From an uncultured Elusimicrobia bacterium (lineage in GTDB: Bacteria; Elusimicrobiota; Elusimicrobia; UBA1565; UBA9628): a DNA stretch of 64,000 nt. The first letter of the stretch is position 1. Every line of letters begins with the position of its first letter. Shown here in pieces: positions 9,128-18,537 of this stretch. Both the position numbers and the translations under genes were made by a program. The stretch covers positions 294 through 64,293 of the forward strand of contig CAYHPY010000009.1 of the NCBI GenBank assembly GCA_964358485.1, written 5' to 3'. A model generated the notes under the pieces. The model was given only the letters and a program-made list of their open reading frames with translations. It did no database searches and was not told the origin of the DNA.

Positions 9128-11110
9128 ATGGCCGTCCTGACACGCCTCCCCTATTGCCCCGACCTTTTCCGGTACGCTCGCCGTAAAACGCGAACGGTCA
9201 TGGTCGGAAAGGTCCCAATCGGAGGCGACAACCCGATCCGCCTGCAGTCCATGACCACCACCGACACCTTGGACGTGGAGGCCACCGCCCAGCAGGCCTT
9301 GCGCATGGCCCAGGCCGGCTGCGAAATCATCCGCATCACGGCCCCCACCGTCGAGGATTCCCGGGCCTTGGGCAAGATCAAGTGCCGCCTGCTCCAGTTG
9401 GGAGTCGACGCTCCGATCGTGGCCGACATCCATTTTCAGCCCCTGGCGGCCATGGAGGCCGCGGAATGGGTGGAGAAGGTCCGCATCAATCCGGGCAATT
9501 TCGTGGACAACAAGCGCTTCGCGGTCAAGGAATACACCGACGCCGAGTACGCCGCGGAGCTCGAACGCATCGAGGAACGCTTCACCCCCCTGGTCGAAAA
9601 GCTCAAGCGCCTCAGGCGGGCCCTGCGCATCGGGACCAACCACGGCTCGCTTTCGGACCGTATCATGAACCGCTACGGGGATTCCCCCCTCGGGATGGTG
9701 GAAAGCGCTTTGGAGTTCACCGCCATATGCGAGAAGAACGGCTACCGCGACATCATCTTCTCCATGAAAGCCTCCAACCCCAAGGTCATGATCGAAGCCT
9801 ATCGCCTGCTGGCCGCCCGGCTGGACGCCGACGGGCGGGATTACCCGTTCCACCTCGGCGTCACCGAGGCGGGCGACGGCGAGGACGGCCGGATCAAGTC
9901 GGCCATTGGAATCGGGAGTTTGCTGGAAGATGGGATTGGGGATACGATACGGGTCTCTCTGACGGAGGATCCCGAATTAGAAATTCCCGTCTGCGCCGCT
10001 TTGGCGGGGCCATTTAATTCCGTTCCCTCTATCGTTTCCCAGGTTGATTCCTTTACGGCAACAGATCCGGGAACGGATCCTTTTTCCTACGCCCGCAAAA
10101 AGACGCGGGCGTTATCAATCGGTCCGTTCCTGACCGGCGGCCCGCAATTGGTGCGCGTTTTCACCCGCGTCCCCCCCGATTGGTCGGCCAAGGACATTCT
10201 GGCCTGGCTGGAGGAGCGGCTCAAGGCCTCCCAAAGCCAGGACCCCGAGGTGCTTGAGTTCGTCTTGGACGGCCCCGCGGCGGTCGAGCGGCTGGCCTCC
10301 CTGCGGCGGGATTTGGCCGCGGAGACCTCCCGCCTGGCCTTCCTGGGGCGTTGCGAGGCCGGCCTCAAGGAGGCCCTAAGCGCCCTGCCCTCGGCGGACC
10401 TGATTTGCTGGACCACGCCGACCGCCTCGGAATTTCCCGCCTTCCTGGCGGCCGTCAAGGAGCGGGGCATCCCGACGCTCCTGGAGGCCCCAAGCGCCAA
10501 GGAGGCCCTGGCCCTCGACGCCCAATGCGCGGCGGCGGGGGTCCCGGCGCTCCTCTCGATCCGCGGAACCGGCACCGCGTCCTTGGTCCGCGAATACCGT
10601 CGGCTGGGGGCTGCTTCGACCCGCTCGCCCATCCACCTCCGCGCCCCCGGCAAACCCGCGGAACTCGAGCAAATCCTGGAGGCCTCGCGCCTGATCGGCG
10701 GCCTTCTGTGCGACGGAATCGGCGACAGCGCGCAGGTGGAAGGGGCCGACCCCCGCCGCAACCTGACCTTGGCCTACAATATCCTCCAGGGCGCGGGCGT
10801 TCGCATCACGAAAACCGAATTCGTCTCCTGCCCCTCCTGCGGGCGGACTCTTTTCAACCTGCAGACCACTACGGAGCGGATCAAGGCCAAGACCGGGCAC
10901 CTCAAGGGCGTCAAGATCGCCATCATGGGCTGCATCGTCAACGGCCCGGGCGAAATGGCCGACGCCGATTTCGGCTATGTCGGCGGCGCCCCGGACCGCA
11001 TCAACCTTTATGTCGGCAAGGAGTGCGTGGAGAAAGGAATCCCCGCCGACCAGGCCGACCAGGCGCTGATCGATCTCATCAAGAGCAACGGGAAGTGGGT
11101 TGATCCTTAA
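9128..11110 (+). CDS. ispG: 4-hydroxy-3-methylbut-2-en-1-yl diphosphate synthase, long (insert-containing) form
   Basis: QSMTTTDT, VADIHF, RINPGN, RIGTNHGSL, HLGVTEAG, SCPSCGR and IMGCIVNGPGE motifs. Confidence 0.97.
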   Translation: MAVLTRLPYCPDLFRYARRKTRTVMVGKVPIGGDNPIRLQSMTTTDTLDVEATAQQALRMAQAGCEIIRITAPTVEDSRALGKIKCRLLQLGVDAPIVADIHFQPLAAMEAAEWVEKVRINPGNFVDNKRFAVKEYTDAEYAAELERIEERFTPLVEKLKRLRRALRIGTNHGSLSDRIMNRYGDSPLGMVESALEFTAICEKNGYRDIIFSMKASNPKVMIEAYRLLAARLDADGRDYPFHLGVTEAGDGEDGRIKSAIGIGSLLEDGIGDTIRVSLTEDPELEIPVCAALAGPFNSVPSIVSQVDSFTATDPGTDPFSYARKKTRALSIGPFLTGGPQLVRVFTRVPPDWSAKDILAWLEERLKASQSQDPEVLEFVLDGPAAVERLASLRRDLAAETSRLAFLGRCEAGLKEALSALPSADLICWTTPTASEFPAFLAAVKERGIPTLLEAPSAKEALALDAQCAAAGVPALLSIRGTGTASLVREYRRLGAASTRSPIHLRAPGKPAELEQILEASRLIGGLLCDGIGDSAQVEGADPRRNLTLAYNILQGAGVRITKTEFVSCPSCGRTLFNLQTTTERIKAKTGHLKGVKIAIMGCIVNGPGEMADADFGYVGGAPDRINLYVGKECVEKGIPADQADQALIDLIKSNGKWVDP

Positions 11111-11146
11111 AATGAAGCCCCCGCGGAGCGGAGGCTTCATTTTAAG
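11106..11146 (+). terminator. Hairpin after ispG overlapping the start of the next gene
   Basis: CTTAAAATGAAGCC...GGCTTCATTTTAAG inverted repeat followed by a T-rich tract. Confidence 0.6.
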
Positions 11147-12185
11147 CTTCTTTCCGTTTTTTCCCGTAGTTCTTTTCCCGATATTTTTTTCCGGCTGCCT
11201 CGAATTCGACCCCGTCAGCACCGTCTGCTGGGAACCCGAAGGCCGCGCGGTGGCCTTTCTTTCCGGAGGCCGTCCCTGGACCTACACCCTGGGAACCGGG
11301 GAGCTTTCCCCCCTTCCCTCCGAGGGGCCGTTCGGTTCCCTGGCCTGCTCCCCGGACGGACGCTGGATCGCGGCGTCCAGCCACACCTATCTGTCGCTTT
11401 TCCGCCGGGAAGGCGGCGGCTATCAAAGCGAGCAGACTTTTGCCTTACCGGGCGGCGACGGCCTGATTTCTCCCACCCTTTCCTGGCACCCGTCCTCGCG
11501 CCGCCTTATGGCCGGATTGGCGGGAGCGGCCGCGCTTTCCACCTTCGAGGTGGATCTCGATTCGGGGACCATGACCCCGGCCGGGGCCGGGCTGGGGATT
11601 TTCGGCGGCGCCGATTGGCTGCTGTGGGGCAATAAGGTCTCCCTGGGCAAGTCCCGGGAATTGCTGGCCCTGGACCGGCAGGACGAAGAAGGCCGGCCCC
11701 TGCCGCTGAGCCGTCCGGCCCACGACTCCCTGGAGGACGGGGCCTTCGATCTTTTGTCCTCGCTCGGGGATTTCGCGGCCCTTCCGCTTTGCTGGAGCGG
11801 CCAAAACGGGGGCCGGACTTTTTCCGCCTGTTTGGCGGAAAACGGCTCCGTCGTTTGGAAATCGAAGGCCCTGCCCAAGGACGCGCGGATCTTCGCCAAT
11901 CCGGCCCGGACGCTGTTTGCCGGAGTCGTCGACGATGGAAAAAACGATCTCCGCCTGGCCGTCTTCGACGGCCAGGGAAAAATCCGCGCCGATGGAGCGC
12001 GCCTGCTCAAGACCCTCGACGCCGAATTGGCGCGCGCGGGCCGGGACCGCAAGGATTCCTCCCGGTCGATCCACGCCTCCCGCGTGGCTTGGGACCCCGG
12101 GGGCAACTGGCTGGCCTGGGTGGTGGACGGGCGGTTGTTCCTTTGGAACTGGCGCAACGATATATTGGCGGTTCGAGGGCCTTGA
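11112..12185 (+). CDS. Putative lipoprotein with TolB/WD40-like beta-propeller repeats
   Basis: Lipobox-like FSGC; repeated W-x-P-x-G-x-x-L/IA motifs (WEPEGRAVA, CSPDGRWIA, WHPSSRRL, WDPGGNWLA). Confidence 0.65.
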   Translation: MKPPRSGGFILSFFPFFPVVLFPIFFSGCLEFDPVSTVCWEPEGRAVAFLSGGRPWTYTLGTGELSPLPSEGPFGSLACSPDGRWIAASSHTYLSLFRREGGGYQSEQTFALPGGDGLISPTLSWHPSSRRLMAGLAGAAALSTFEVDLDSGTMTPAGAGLGIFGGADWLLWGNKVSLGKSRELLALDRQDEEGRPLPLSRPAHDSLEDGAFDLLSSLGDFAALPLCWSGQNGGRTFSACLAENGSVVWKSKALPKDARIFANPARTLFAGVVDDGKNDLRLAVFDGQGKIRADGARLLKTLDAELARAGRDRKDSSRSIHASRVAWDPGGNWLAWVVDGRLFLWNWRNDILAVRGP

Positions 12186-13207
12186 AGAGCGCGCCAGCGC
12201 TCCTGCTCCTGTTCTGTTTCCAAGGTTGTTCCCCCGTTTACGTTCTGAAATCCGCCGCCGGACACGCATCGTTGTTATCACGACGGCAATCCATTGACGA
12301 ACTCCTAAAGTCGCCGAAGACGCCGGAACGGTTGAAGGACAAGCTGAAGCTTGTCAATGAGATCAAAGCCTTCGCCTTCGAGCAAATGGCCCTGCGCCCA
12401 AGCCGCGATTATTCCACGGTCGCGAAAATCGACGGCCCCCATGTCAGCTATCTGGTGGCCGCCTGCCGGAAAACCGCGTTCGAGCCCTATCGCTGGACCT
12501 TCCCCTTCGCGGGCTCGTTTCCCTACCTGGGCTATTTCAAATACGCCGACGCCGCCGCCCACGCGCGGCGCCTGGAGAAAAAAGGCTGGGACGTCCATGT
12601 GGCCGGGGCCGCGGCCTACAACACCCCGCTTTGGTTTTCCGACCCGATCCCCGAGCCCGCCCTTCAGGACTCGGTCGGGGAGCTGGCCGTCCTGCTCATT
12701 CACGAATTGTCTCATGGAACGATTCATTACCGAAGCAAGATGGATTTCAACGAGGCTTTGGCCAGCTTCATCGGGGAGACCGGAGCGGCGCAATTCCTGG
12801 AGGGCCGGTACGGAACGCAGTCCTTGGAATTGGCGGAATTTCATTCCTTCCGGGAAAGGGATCGACTTTGGGTCGGTATCATGGCGGACCTCCGCCATGA
12901 ACTCGATGCCGTTTACCGGAGTTCCGTTCCCGATGCCGTTAAGCTCCAAAAGCGGGAGGCGATCTTTCTGAAAGGACGGGAACGATTAAATGAAATCACC
13001 CCGTTGGGAAAGGAATTCGTGTTGAACAACGCCGTCCTCATGACCTACGGTCTTTACCATCGGGATTTCTCCCCCTTCCAGGCCGTCCATGATTCTTGCC
13101 TCAGGCAATGGCCTTGTACCATTAAGAAATTCCGGAAATTGAACCGGCGCAACCCGGAAGGGTCCCTTAAGGCCGCCGCTCTAAAGTCGGGGAATAGGCG
13201 CCCATGA
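12182..13207 (+). CDS. Predicted zinc aminopeptidase lipoprotein
   Basis: FQGC lipobox; WTFPFAGSFPYLGYF, AYNTPLWFSDP, LIHELSH and FNEALASF. TTG start overlaps the upstream stop. Confidence 0.8.
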   Translation: MKSAPALLLLFCFQGCSPVYVLKSAAGHASLLSRRQSIDELLKSPKTPERLKDKLKLVNEIKAFAFEQMALRPSRDYSTVAKIDGPHVSYLVAACRKTAFEPYRWTFPFAGSFPYLGYFKYADAAAHARRLEKKGWDVHVAGAAAYNTPLWFSDPIPEPALQDSVGELAVLLIHELSHGTIHYRSKMDFNEALASFIGETGAAQFLEGRYGTQSLELAEFHSFRERDRLWVGIMADLRHELDAVYRSSVPDAVKLQKREAIFLKGRERLNEITPLGKEFVLNNAVLMTYGLYHRDFSPFQAVHDSCLRQWPCTIKKFRKLNRRNPEGSLKAAALKSGNRRP

Positions 13208-14993
13208 AGCGCCTGGTCCACCAGGCGCCGGTCTTTCTCCCCTCGCTCCAGCCCGTGAAACGGTACTCGTAAAGGACGGAACGGATCGCGCGCGGGGTTT
13301 GGCCGGGGAACGGGTCGGCGGCGAGAAGTTTTTTGACGGGCTCGGACCCCGTGGCCAGGCGGCCCATCAGGTGCAGCAGCCAGGGATTTGATTGGTAGTC
13401 CCCGAGGGCCGCGAACCACATCTGCCAATCCAAGCGCGGCATGTGCGGGGCCATAAACCCCGGCCTGCGGCCGGGGTCCCCGATTTTCCATTTGAATTGA
13501 TATTCCTTCCAGTTCTTTCCGTCCAAGGTTCCTTCGATGATGATTTCCGGCCGCGTCGTCGTCATGACGGCGAACAGGCCGTAGGAATTTACGGAGCGCA
13601 ATGGACCCAGCCAATCTTGGAGCGAGGACAAGGGCCGCGGGGCTGTTTTTCGGGCAAACAGTTGCCATAGCTCCCCGGCCCCGGCAGCCATGAGCAGGGT
13701 GCACGCCGCGGCCCGAAGCCAACGCGTTTCGGGGAACCGTTCGGGAAGGCGGGGGGCGGCGTCCGGGCGGGCCTTGAGAAAGCGCGCGTCGTCGAGCAGG
13801 GGCAGGCACAGGATCAAGGTCAGCAGGTTGAAAAACCCGTAATTCCCGGTCAGCAGGATCAAGCCCTGGAGCAAGGCCTGCAGCCAAAACGCCGCCAAGC
13901 GGGGCCGACGAGGGAGGAAAAACAGGAAAGGAACCGCCAGTTCGATGAAAAACATCGCGCCGGCCGAGAAGCGGTGAAATCCCGCCGGAAGCTGGTGGGC
14001 GTACCAGGCGGTCCACGGGGGCAGAGGCTGGGTCTCGTAGTGGAAGGTCAGCGCGGTGAGATTCCTCCACACCGGGTCGCCGCTGAAAAGTTTGACCAAA
14101 CCCGAGGCCAGCATCAAGCGGAACAACAGGATTCGCGACAGCATGAGAACGAAAATGGAAGGGATGGGATCATTTTCCGGGCGTCCCGAAAACGGGCGCC
14201 AGGGAGCCCAAAGCGCCGCTAAAAGGCCGACTTCCAAAAGCAGGCTGTCCCATTGAAAATTCATGAAGGGAACTATCGGAACGCAGAGGGAAAGATAGGC
14301 TCCCCAACAGAAAAAAAGCAGCGGCGCCTGAAAAATTCCAGCCGCGGCAAAAAGGCCGGCCGCGGCACCGGCCCAACACAGCCCGCTCATGGCGCCGTCC
14401 GAGGCGTTCAGCCAAAGGACCGTCGGGAACGCCCTCCAGGCCCCGTCCCCGAAGCGGGAGCCGATGGCCGCCAGCCGCGCCGCCGCCGGGGCGATGCCGT
14501 CCTGCCCCGCCAGCCCGAGGACCTGGACGCCCAGGGAGGCGAAGGCGAGCGCGAACACCAGCGCCGTGAGGCGCACGAAGAGGGACCGGATCAGGAAATA
14601 CGAGGGAAGCGCGACCATTTCGCCCCAGGCCAGGACCGTGAGGCGCGAGAAAAGCATCCGGCGGCGGGCCATGAGGCGGTAGAACCAATCGCTCGCGGGA
14701 CGGATGGCCGGCAGGTTTTCATAGGCCCACAGCCGCCACGCCTGTCCGGGAGCCGTTGCCAAGGCCCGGAAAACCGCCTCGGCGCCCGCCGTGACCCGCC
14801 CGGAAGGTTCGACCAGGAACACGGAGGCGGCCAGTTGCTCCAGGGTCAGTTTCGGGAGGTACATGGGCGCGCCGACTTCGGCGGGCAGGTAGTCCACCCG
14901 GTCGCCCGTGACATGCGACCACCGGGCCACCCACCGGCGGTAGAAGCGGCAGTCCCCATCGAAAATCAGCGTCGGTTTGCGCGGGGGAATCAC
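13167..14993 (-). CDS. Lipase maturation factor family protein with N-terminal DCC1/DUF393 thiol-disulfide oxidoreductase-like domain
   Basis: LIFDGDC N-terminus; FQWDSLLLEVG, HYETQPLP, TGNYGFFN, NSYGLFAVMT and PHMPRLDWQMWFAAL. Confidence 0.9.
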   Translation of the reverse strand: MIPPRKPTLIFDGDCRFYRRWVARWSHVTGDRVDYLPAEVGAPMYLPKLTLEQLAASVFLVEPSGRVTAGAEAVFRALATAPGQAWRLWAYENLPAIRPASDWFYRLMARRRMLFSRLTVLAWGEMVALPSYFLIRSLFVRLTALVFALAFASLGVQVLGLAGQDGIAPAAARLAAIGSRFGDGAWRAFPTVLWLNASDGAMSGLCWAGAAAGLFAAAGIFQAPLLFFCWGAYLSLCVPIVPFMNFQWDSLLLEVGLLAALWAPWRPFSGRPENDPIPSIFVLMLSRILLFRLMLASGLVKLFSGDPVWRNLTALTFHYETQPLPPWTAWYAHQLPAGFHRFSAGAMFFIELAVPFLFFLPRRPRLAAFWLQALLQGLILLTGNYGFFNLLTLILCLPLLDDARFLKARPDAAPRLPERFPETRWLRAAACTLLMAAGAGELWQLFARKTAPRPLSSLQDWLGPLRSVNSYGLFAVMTTTRPEIIIEGTLDGKNWKEYQFKWKIGDPGRRPGFMAPHMPRLDWQMWFAALGDYQSNPWLLHLMGRLATGSEPVKKLLAADPFPGQTPRAIRSVLYEYRFTGWSEGRKTGAWWTRRFMGAYSPTLERRP

Positions 14994-15076
14994 CCCGCGA
15001 CGATACAAAATCCGCCGCCGCCCTTGAAAACGGCCTTTCCCGGGGCTACACTCAGGGAGTCATCGGAGGTGGGTTC

Positions 15077-15439
15077 ATGCATCACGAAGAAGGCGGGCCG
15101 GGCGGCGGAAAATCCCATTTTCATCCCTGCTGCCGGCAGGCGCACGGGGAAAATTCGCGGGAGGGCGGGGAGCCGGAGGATCACCTCGACCAAAGCGCGG
15201 CGGCCTGGGAGCGGGCGTTCTGGAAAGCTCTGCATGAAGTGAGGGTGGAGATGATGAAAGAGCGCATCCGCGCGGCCTGGGGCGAAGGGATGAAAGAAAC
15301 CGCCGACGGCGTCCTGGCTGCGATGCACGCCGATTGGAAAAAGTTCCGGGAACTGGAGGCCGCGGAGGAGGCGAAGGCCGGACCCCGCGAGGCCCTGCGC
15401 GCCGTGCTGAAGGAAGGGCTCAAACGCGGGCCGCAATAA
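15077..15439 (+). CDS. Small hypothetical protein with His/Cys-rich N-terminus and helical C-terminus
   Basis: GGAGGT RBS; MHHEE...HFHPCC; amphipathic helices. Confidence 0.65.
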   Translation: MHHEEGGPGGGKSHFHPCCRQAHGENSREGGEPEDHLDQSAAAWERAFWKALHEVRVEMMKERIRAAWGEGMKETADGVLAAMHADWKKFRELEAAEEAKAGPREALRAVLKEGLKRGPQ

Positions 15440-15442
15440 GGG

Positions 15443-16636
15443 CTAAAAGAAGTATTGGACCTGCAGAAACCCGAGGTTGGGAAGGCGCCCGAATTCGGTG
15501 ATCCGGGCGCCCGAGTTGCGGTGAAAGCCCGCGCTTAGGTAGAGGTCGGGCAGGGCGTTCCATTGGATGGACGGCGCGGCGAAGCTGGAGAGATCGTTGA
15601 GGTTGGCGATGACGGAGAGTTCCAGTTTGAGCAGGGCGTGGGCGTCTTTGGAATAGGTGAGCCCGGCGTAATCCTTGGCGACGGCCGTGTCTTTGCCGTT
15701 GGCCAGGGCGGCGTAGTCGTACCGGTGGACATGGGCGCTGCCCAAGCCGTTGTGGTAATACTCGACGGCCATGACCGCCTCCCGCAGAAAGACCGCGGCC
15801 AGGGGCCAGTCGGCCGTGAAGTTGTAGTCGTAGCCCACCCCGAGCCGCCAAAACGGGGTCCGTGTCCCCGGTTCCTGGAGGGAAAACTCCCCCCGGAGCG
15901 TGCCGTCCTTGAGCTCCCCCGCGAAGTCTCCCCCCACGATCCAGGAGGTGGTCGAGCGGTCGGTCTTTCCCCCCATCACGGACACGTCGAAGCCGCGGGC
16001 GTTGGAGCGCAAGCGGCCCAACAGCGAGGTCCGCCGCCAATCCTCGTGAGGCGCCCAAGCCGCCTCGGTCTGGGTAAGCTCTCCCAGGCCCAGCCTTCCG
16101 TATAGCGCGTCCACGCCCCGGCGCTCCTCCCGTTCGACGGCGGTGGGCTGGTAGGGGTTGAGGACGTCGGTTGGATTCCAGATGCGGCCGGTGCCCCAAG
16201 CCACGCGCTGGCGCCCGAAGCGCAGGACGGCGCGTTCGCTTTCGAGGCCCGTCCAGCCGCGGTAGAGGCGGTGGCGCCAAATGGAGGTGGCGGAGGTCGA
16301 GATGGTTTGGTCCATCGTCAACCAATTTGTCGGCTCGGCCAATCCGAGCCGGCGATATTCTTTCGTTCGAAAAAAACTTCCGCTCAGCGATTCGTGATCG
16401 TATTCCGCCCGGGTTTTCCATTGGAAATCTCCCGCCGGGACGCTCGTCTCCAGTTCCAGCCGGGCTCGGGAGGTGTTTAGAAAGTAGGGGCGCCGGTCCA
16501 AGGTCGAGGCCGAGTATTGCCAGAGGTTTTTGAGATGGCCCGAGGCGGAGACGGCCGGTCCCGTTCCCCAAGCCGACCCCCCCCCGAAAAGGAGGAAGAG
16601 CAACGACAGAACGGGGCCGCTACGCGGCCGTCTCAT
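15443..16636 (-). CDS. Outer-membrane beta-barrel protein associated with the ABC exporter
   Basis: Signal peptide; LRFGRQRVAWGTGRIWNPTDVLNP; C-terminal LQVQYFF. Confidence 0.75.
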   Translation of the reverse strand: MRRPRSGPVLSLLFLLFGGGSAWGTGPAVSASGHLKNLWQYSASTLDRRPYFLNTSRARLELETSVPAGDFQWKTRAEYDHESLSGSFFRTKEYRRLGLAEPTNWLTMDQTISTSATSIWRHRLYRGWTGLESERAVLRFGRQRVAWGTGRIWNPTDVLNPYQPTAVEREERRGVDALYGRLGLGELTQTEAAWAPHEDWRRTSLLGRLRSNARGFDVSVMGGKTDRSTTSWIVGGDFAGELKDGTLRGEFSLQEPGTRTPFWRLGVGYDYNFTADWPLAAVFLREAVMAVEYYHNGLGSAHVHRYDYAALANGKDTAVAKDYAGLTYSKDAHALLKLELSVIANLNDLSSFAAPSIQWNALPDLYLSAGFHRNSGARITEFGRLPNLGFLQVQYFF

Positions 16637-17321
16637 CCACCAGCCTCCCATCGTGGATCCGGACGACGCGGGTGGCGCGGGAGAGAACCGCCGGATCGTG
16701 GCTGGAAAAAATGAAGGTCAGGCCCCGCTCGCGGTTGAGCCCCTGCATCAGGTCCAGGAGGGCGGCCCCGGTCTTGGAGTCGAGGTTGGCCGTGGGCTCG
16801 TCGGCCAGGATCACCATGGGCTTGTGGACGATGGAGCGGGCCACCGCCACCCTCTGCTGTTGACCTCCGGAAAGCAGGTCCGGCCGCCGGTGGGCCATGG
16901 ATTCGAGCCCCACCCATTTGAGCACCTCCATGGCCCGCGCCCGGCGTTCGGCGGGCGCGAAGCCCTGCAGGACGAGGGGGTATTCTGCGTTTTCGACGGC
17001 CGTGAGCACGGGGATCAGGTTGTAGGCCTGGAAGACGAAGCCCAGGCTCCTCAGCCGGAATTCGGCCAGTTCCACCGGCCCCAGCGCGGAGACTTTGCGG
17101 CCCTCGTAGCGGATTTCCCCGTGCGTGGGGGTGTCCAAGGTGCCGATGATGTTGAGCAAGGTGGACTTGCCCGAGCCCGAGGGTCCGGCGATGGCGGTGA
17201 ATTCTCCTGAGCGAAAGCTCAGGGTCAAATTCTGTACTGCCGTGACTTTGTTGGTTCCGTCGTAAATTTTCGATACGTTATGAACCTCGATCAGCGGCGG
17301 CTTGGGGGCGGGGTTAGACAT
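16620..17321 (-). CDS. ABC transporter ATPase (LolD/MacB-like)
   Basis: GPSGSGKST, LSGGQQQRVAVAR and ILADEPTANLD. Confidence 0.95.
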   Translation of the reverse strand: MSNPAPKPPLIEVHNVSKIYDGTNKVTAVQNLTLSFRSGEFTAIAGPSGSGKSTLLNIIGTLDTPTHGEIRYEGRKVSALGPVELAEFRLRSLGFVFQAYNLIPVLTAVENAEYPLVLQGFAPAERRARAMEVLKWVGLESMAHRRPDLLSGGQQQRVAVARSIVHKPMVILADEPTANLDSKTGAALLDLMQGLNRERGLTFIFSSHDPAVLSRATRVVRIHDGRLVDETAA

Positions 17322-18537
17322 GGCGCAAAGCCTCCGCGGGCCGCAACCGGCAGGCCCGGAGCGCGGGCGGGATCGCCGCCAGGATGCTCACGACCAGGAC
17401 CGAGGTCCCGGCGAAGAGATGGCTCGGCCAGGCGTAGCGCAGGAAGAGGACGTTGGGAAAGGGCAGGAAGTAGGCGAAGGCGTCTCCCACCGGCAGGGGC
17501 AGGCCCACCCGGCCGAAATGGGCGATCAGCAGGCAACCCACCGTGAAGCCGAACAGGGTTCCCATGACCCCCAGGCACAGCGACTCCAGAAGGACCAATC
17601 GCAGGATCCACCCGGGCTTGGCGCCGATGGCCATGAGCACGCCGAATTCGCGCACCCGCTCGAAAAGGCTCATGAGCAAGGTGTTGAGAATGCCCAGGGC
17701 CACGATCAAGAAAACCACCAGCAGGACCATGTCGAGGAGGGCGTTTTGGAATTTCTGGATGGCCAGGATCTCGAAGTCGACCTGTTTCCAGCTCAGGACC
17801 TGGACTGGCTCGCGGGAGAGCGCCTCCGCCAGGCCCTGCTGGATCTCATCCACTTTTTCCATGTCCGCGACCCGGGCGACGACGTTGTTGACCTTCGCCC
17901 CGGTCCCCAGCAGTTCCTGGGCGCCCGCCAAGGGGACGTAGACGATCTGCCCGTCGAAAGAGGCGCTCCCGGTGTGGTAGATTCCGGTCAGCCGGAAGGC
18001 CTCGGCCCCCATGCTTCCGTCGTCGGCCTGGGCCATGACGACCACCTTCTCCCCCACCCGCAGGTCCAGGCGTTGGGCCATTTTGTCGCCCATGGAAATG
18101 CCGCGCGCGCCCGCGCCCACGAACTCCCCTTGGACGATGTGGCTGGCGATGGTGGTGATCTTCTTTTCTTTCTCCGTTTCGACGGCCACGATCAGGCTGC
18201 CCAGCGAGGTCGTCGGGGAGGCCACCAGGCCCGTGATCGTGATGCGCTTGGCGAACTCGAAGATTCCGGGCTGGCGCCGCATCGCTTCCTCCACCGGAAC
18301 GGGATTCTCCACATAACGGTCGGGGAACTTGTAGTCCTTGATCGAGCGGTTCTGGACCTGGATGTGGCCGGTGATCGAGCCGGTGGCCTTGTCGACGAGT
18401 TGATGCTGGACGCTCTTGACCATGCTTTGCCCGAACATGATGGCGGCCAGGCCGAAGCCCATGGAGGCCATCGTGATCAGGCTCCGGCGGCGGTTGCGCC
18501 ACACGTTGCGCCAAGCCAACATCAGGGCGCCGCTCAT
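17314..18537 (-). CDS. ABC permease (FtsX/MacB/LolE-like)
   Basis: LAWRNVWRNRRRS, ILNTLLMSLFERVREFGVLMAIG and C-terminal PAEALR. Confidence 0.9.
   Translation of the reverse strand: MSGALMLAWRNVWRNRRRSLITMASMGFGLAAIMFGQSMVKSVQHQLVDKATGSITGHIQVQNRSIKDYKFPDRYVENPVPVEEAMRRQPGIFEFAKRITITGLVASPTTSLGSLIVAVETEKEKKITTIASHIVQGEFVGAGARGISMGDKMAQRLDLRVGEKVVVMAQADDGSMGAEAFRLTGIYHTGSASFDGQIVYVPLAGAQELLGTGAKVNNVVARVADMEKVDEIQQGLAEALSREPVQVLSWKQVDFEILAIQKFQNALLDMVLLVVFLIVALGILNTLLMSLFERVREFGVLMAIGAKPGWILRLVLLESLCLGVMGTLFGFTVGCLLIAHFGRVGLPLPVGDAFAYFLPFPNVLFLRYAWPSHLFAGTSVLVVSILAAIPPALRACRLRPAEALRHV

Noticed and set aside
7790-9853. Long antisense or alternative-frame ORFs (also 24994-27000, 35219-37027, 47378-49198, 59319-60944, 60860-62422)
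   Set aside because: Shadow ORFs expected in high-GC DNA opposite well-supported genes; no recognisable motifs.
11789-12181. Extended N-termini in the ORF track (also 17314-19074, 21914-23677, 24919, 40301-41392, 51349, 55057)
   Set aside because: They overlap neighbouring genes; downstream starts fit signal peptides, coupling or promoters better.
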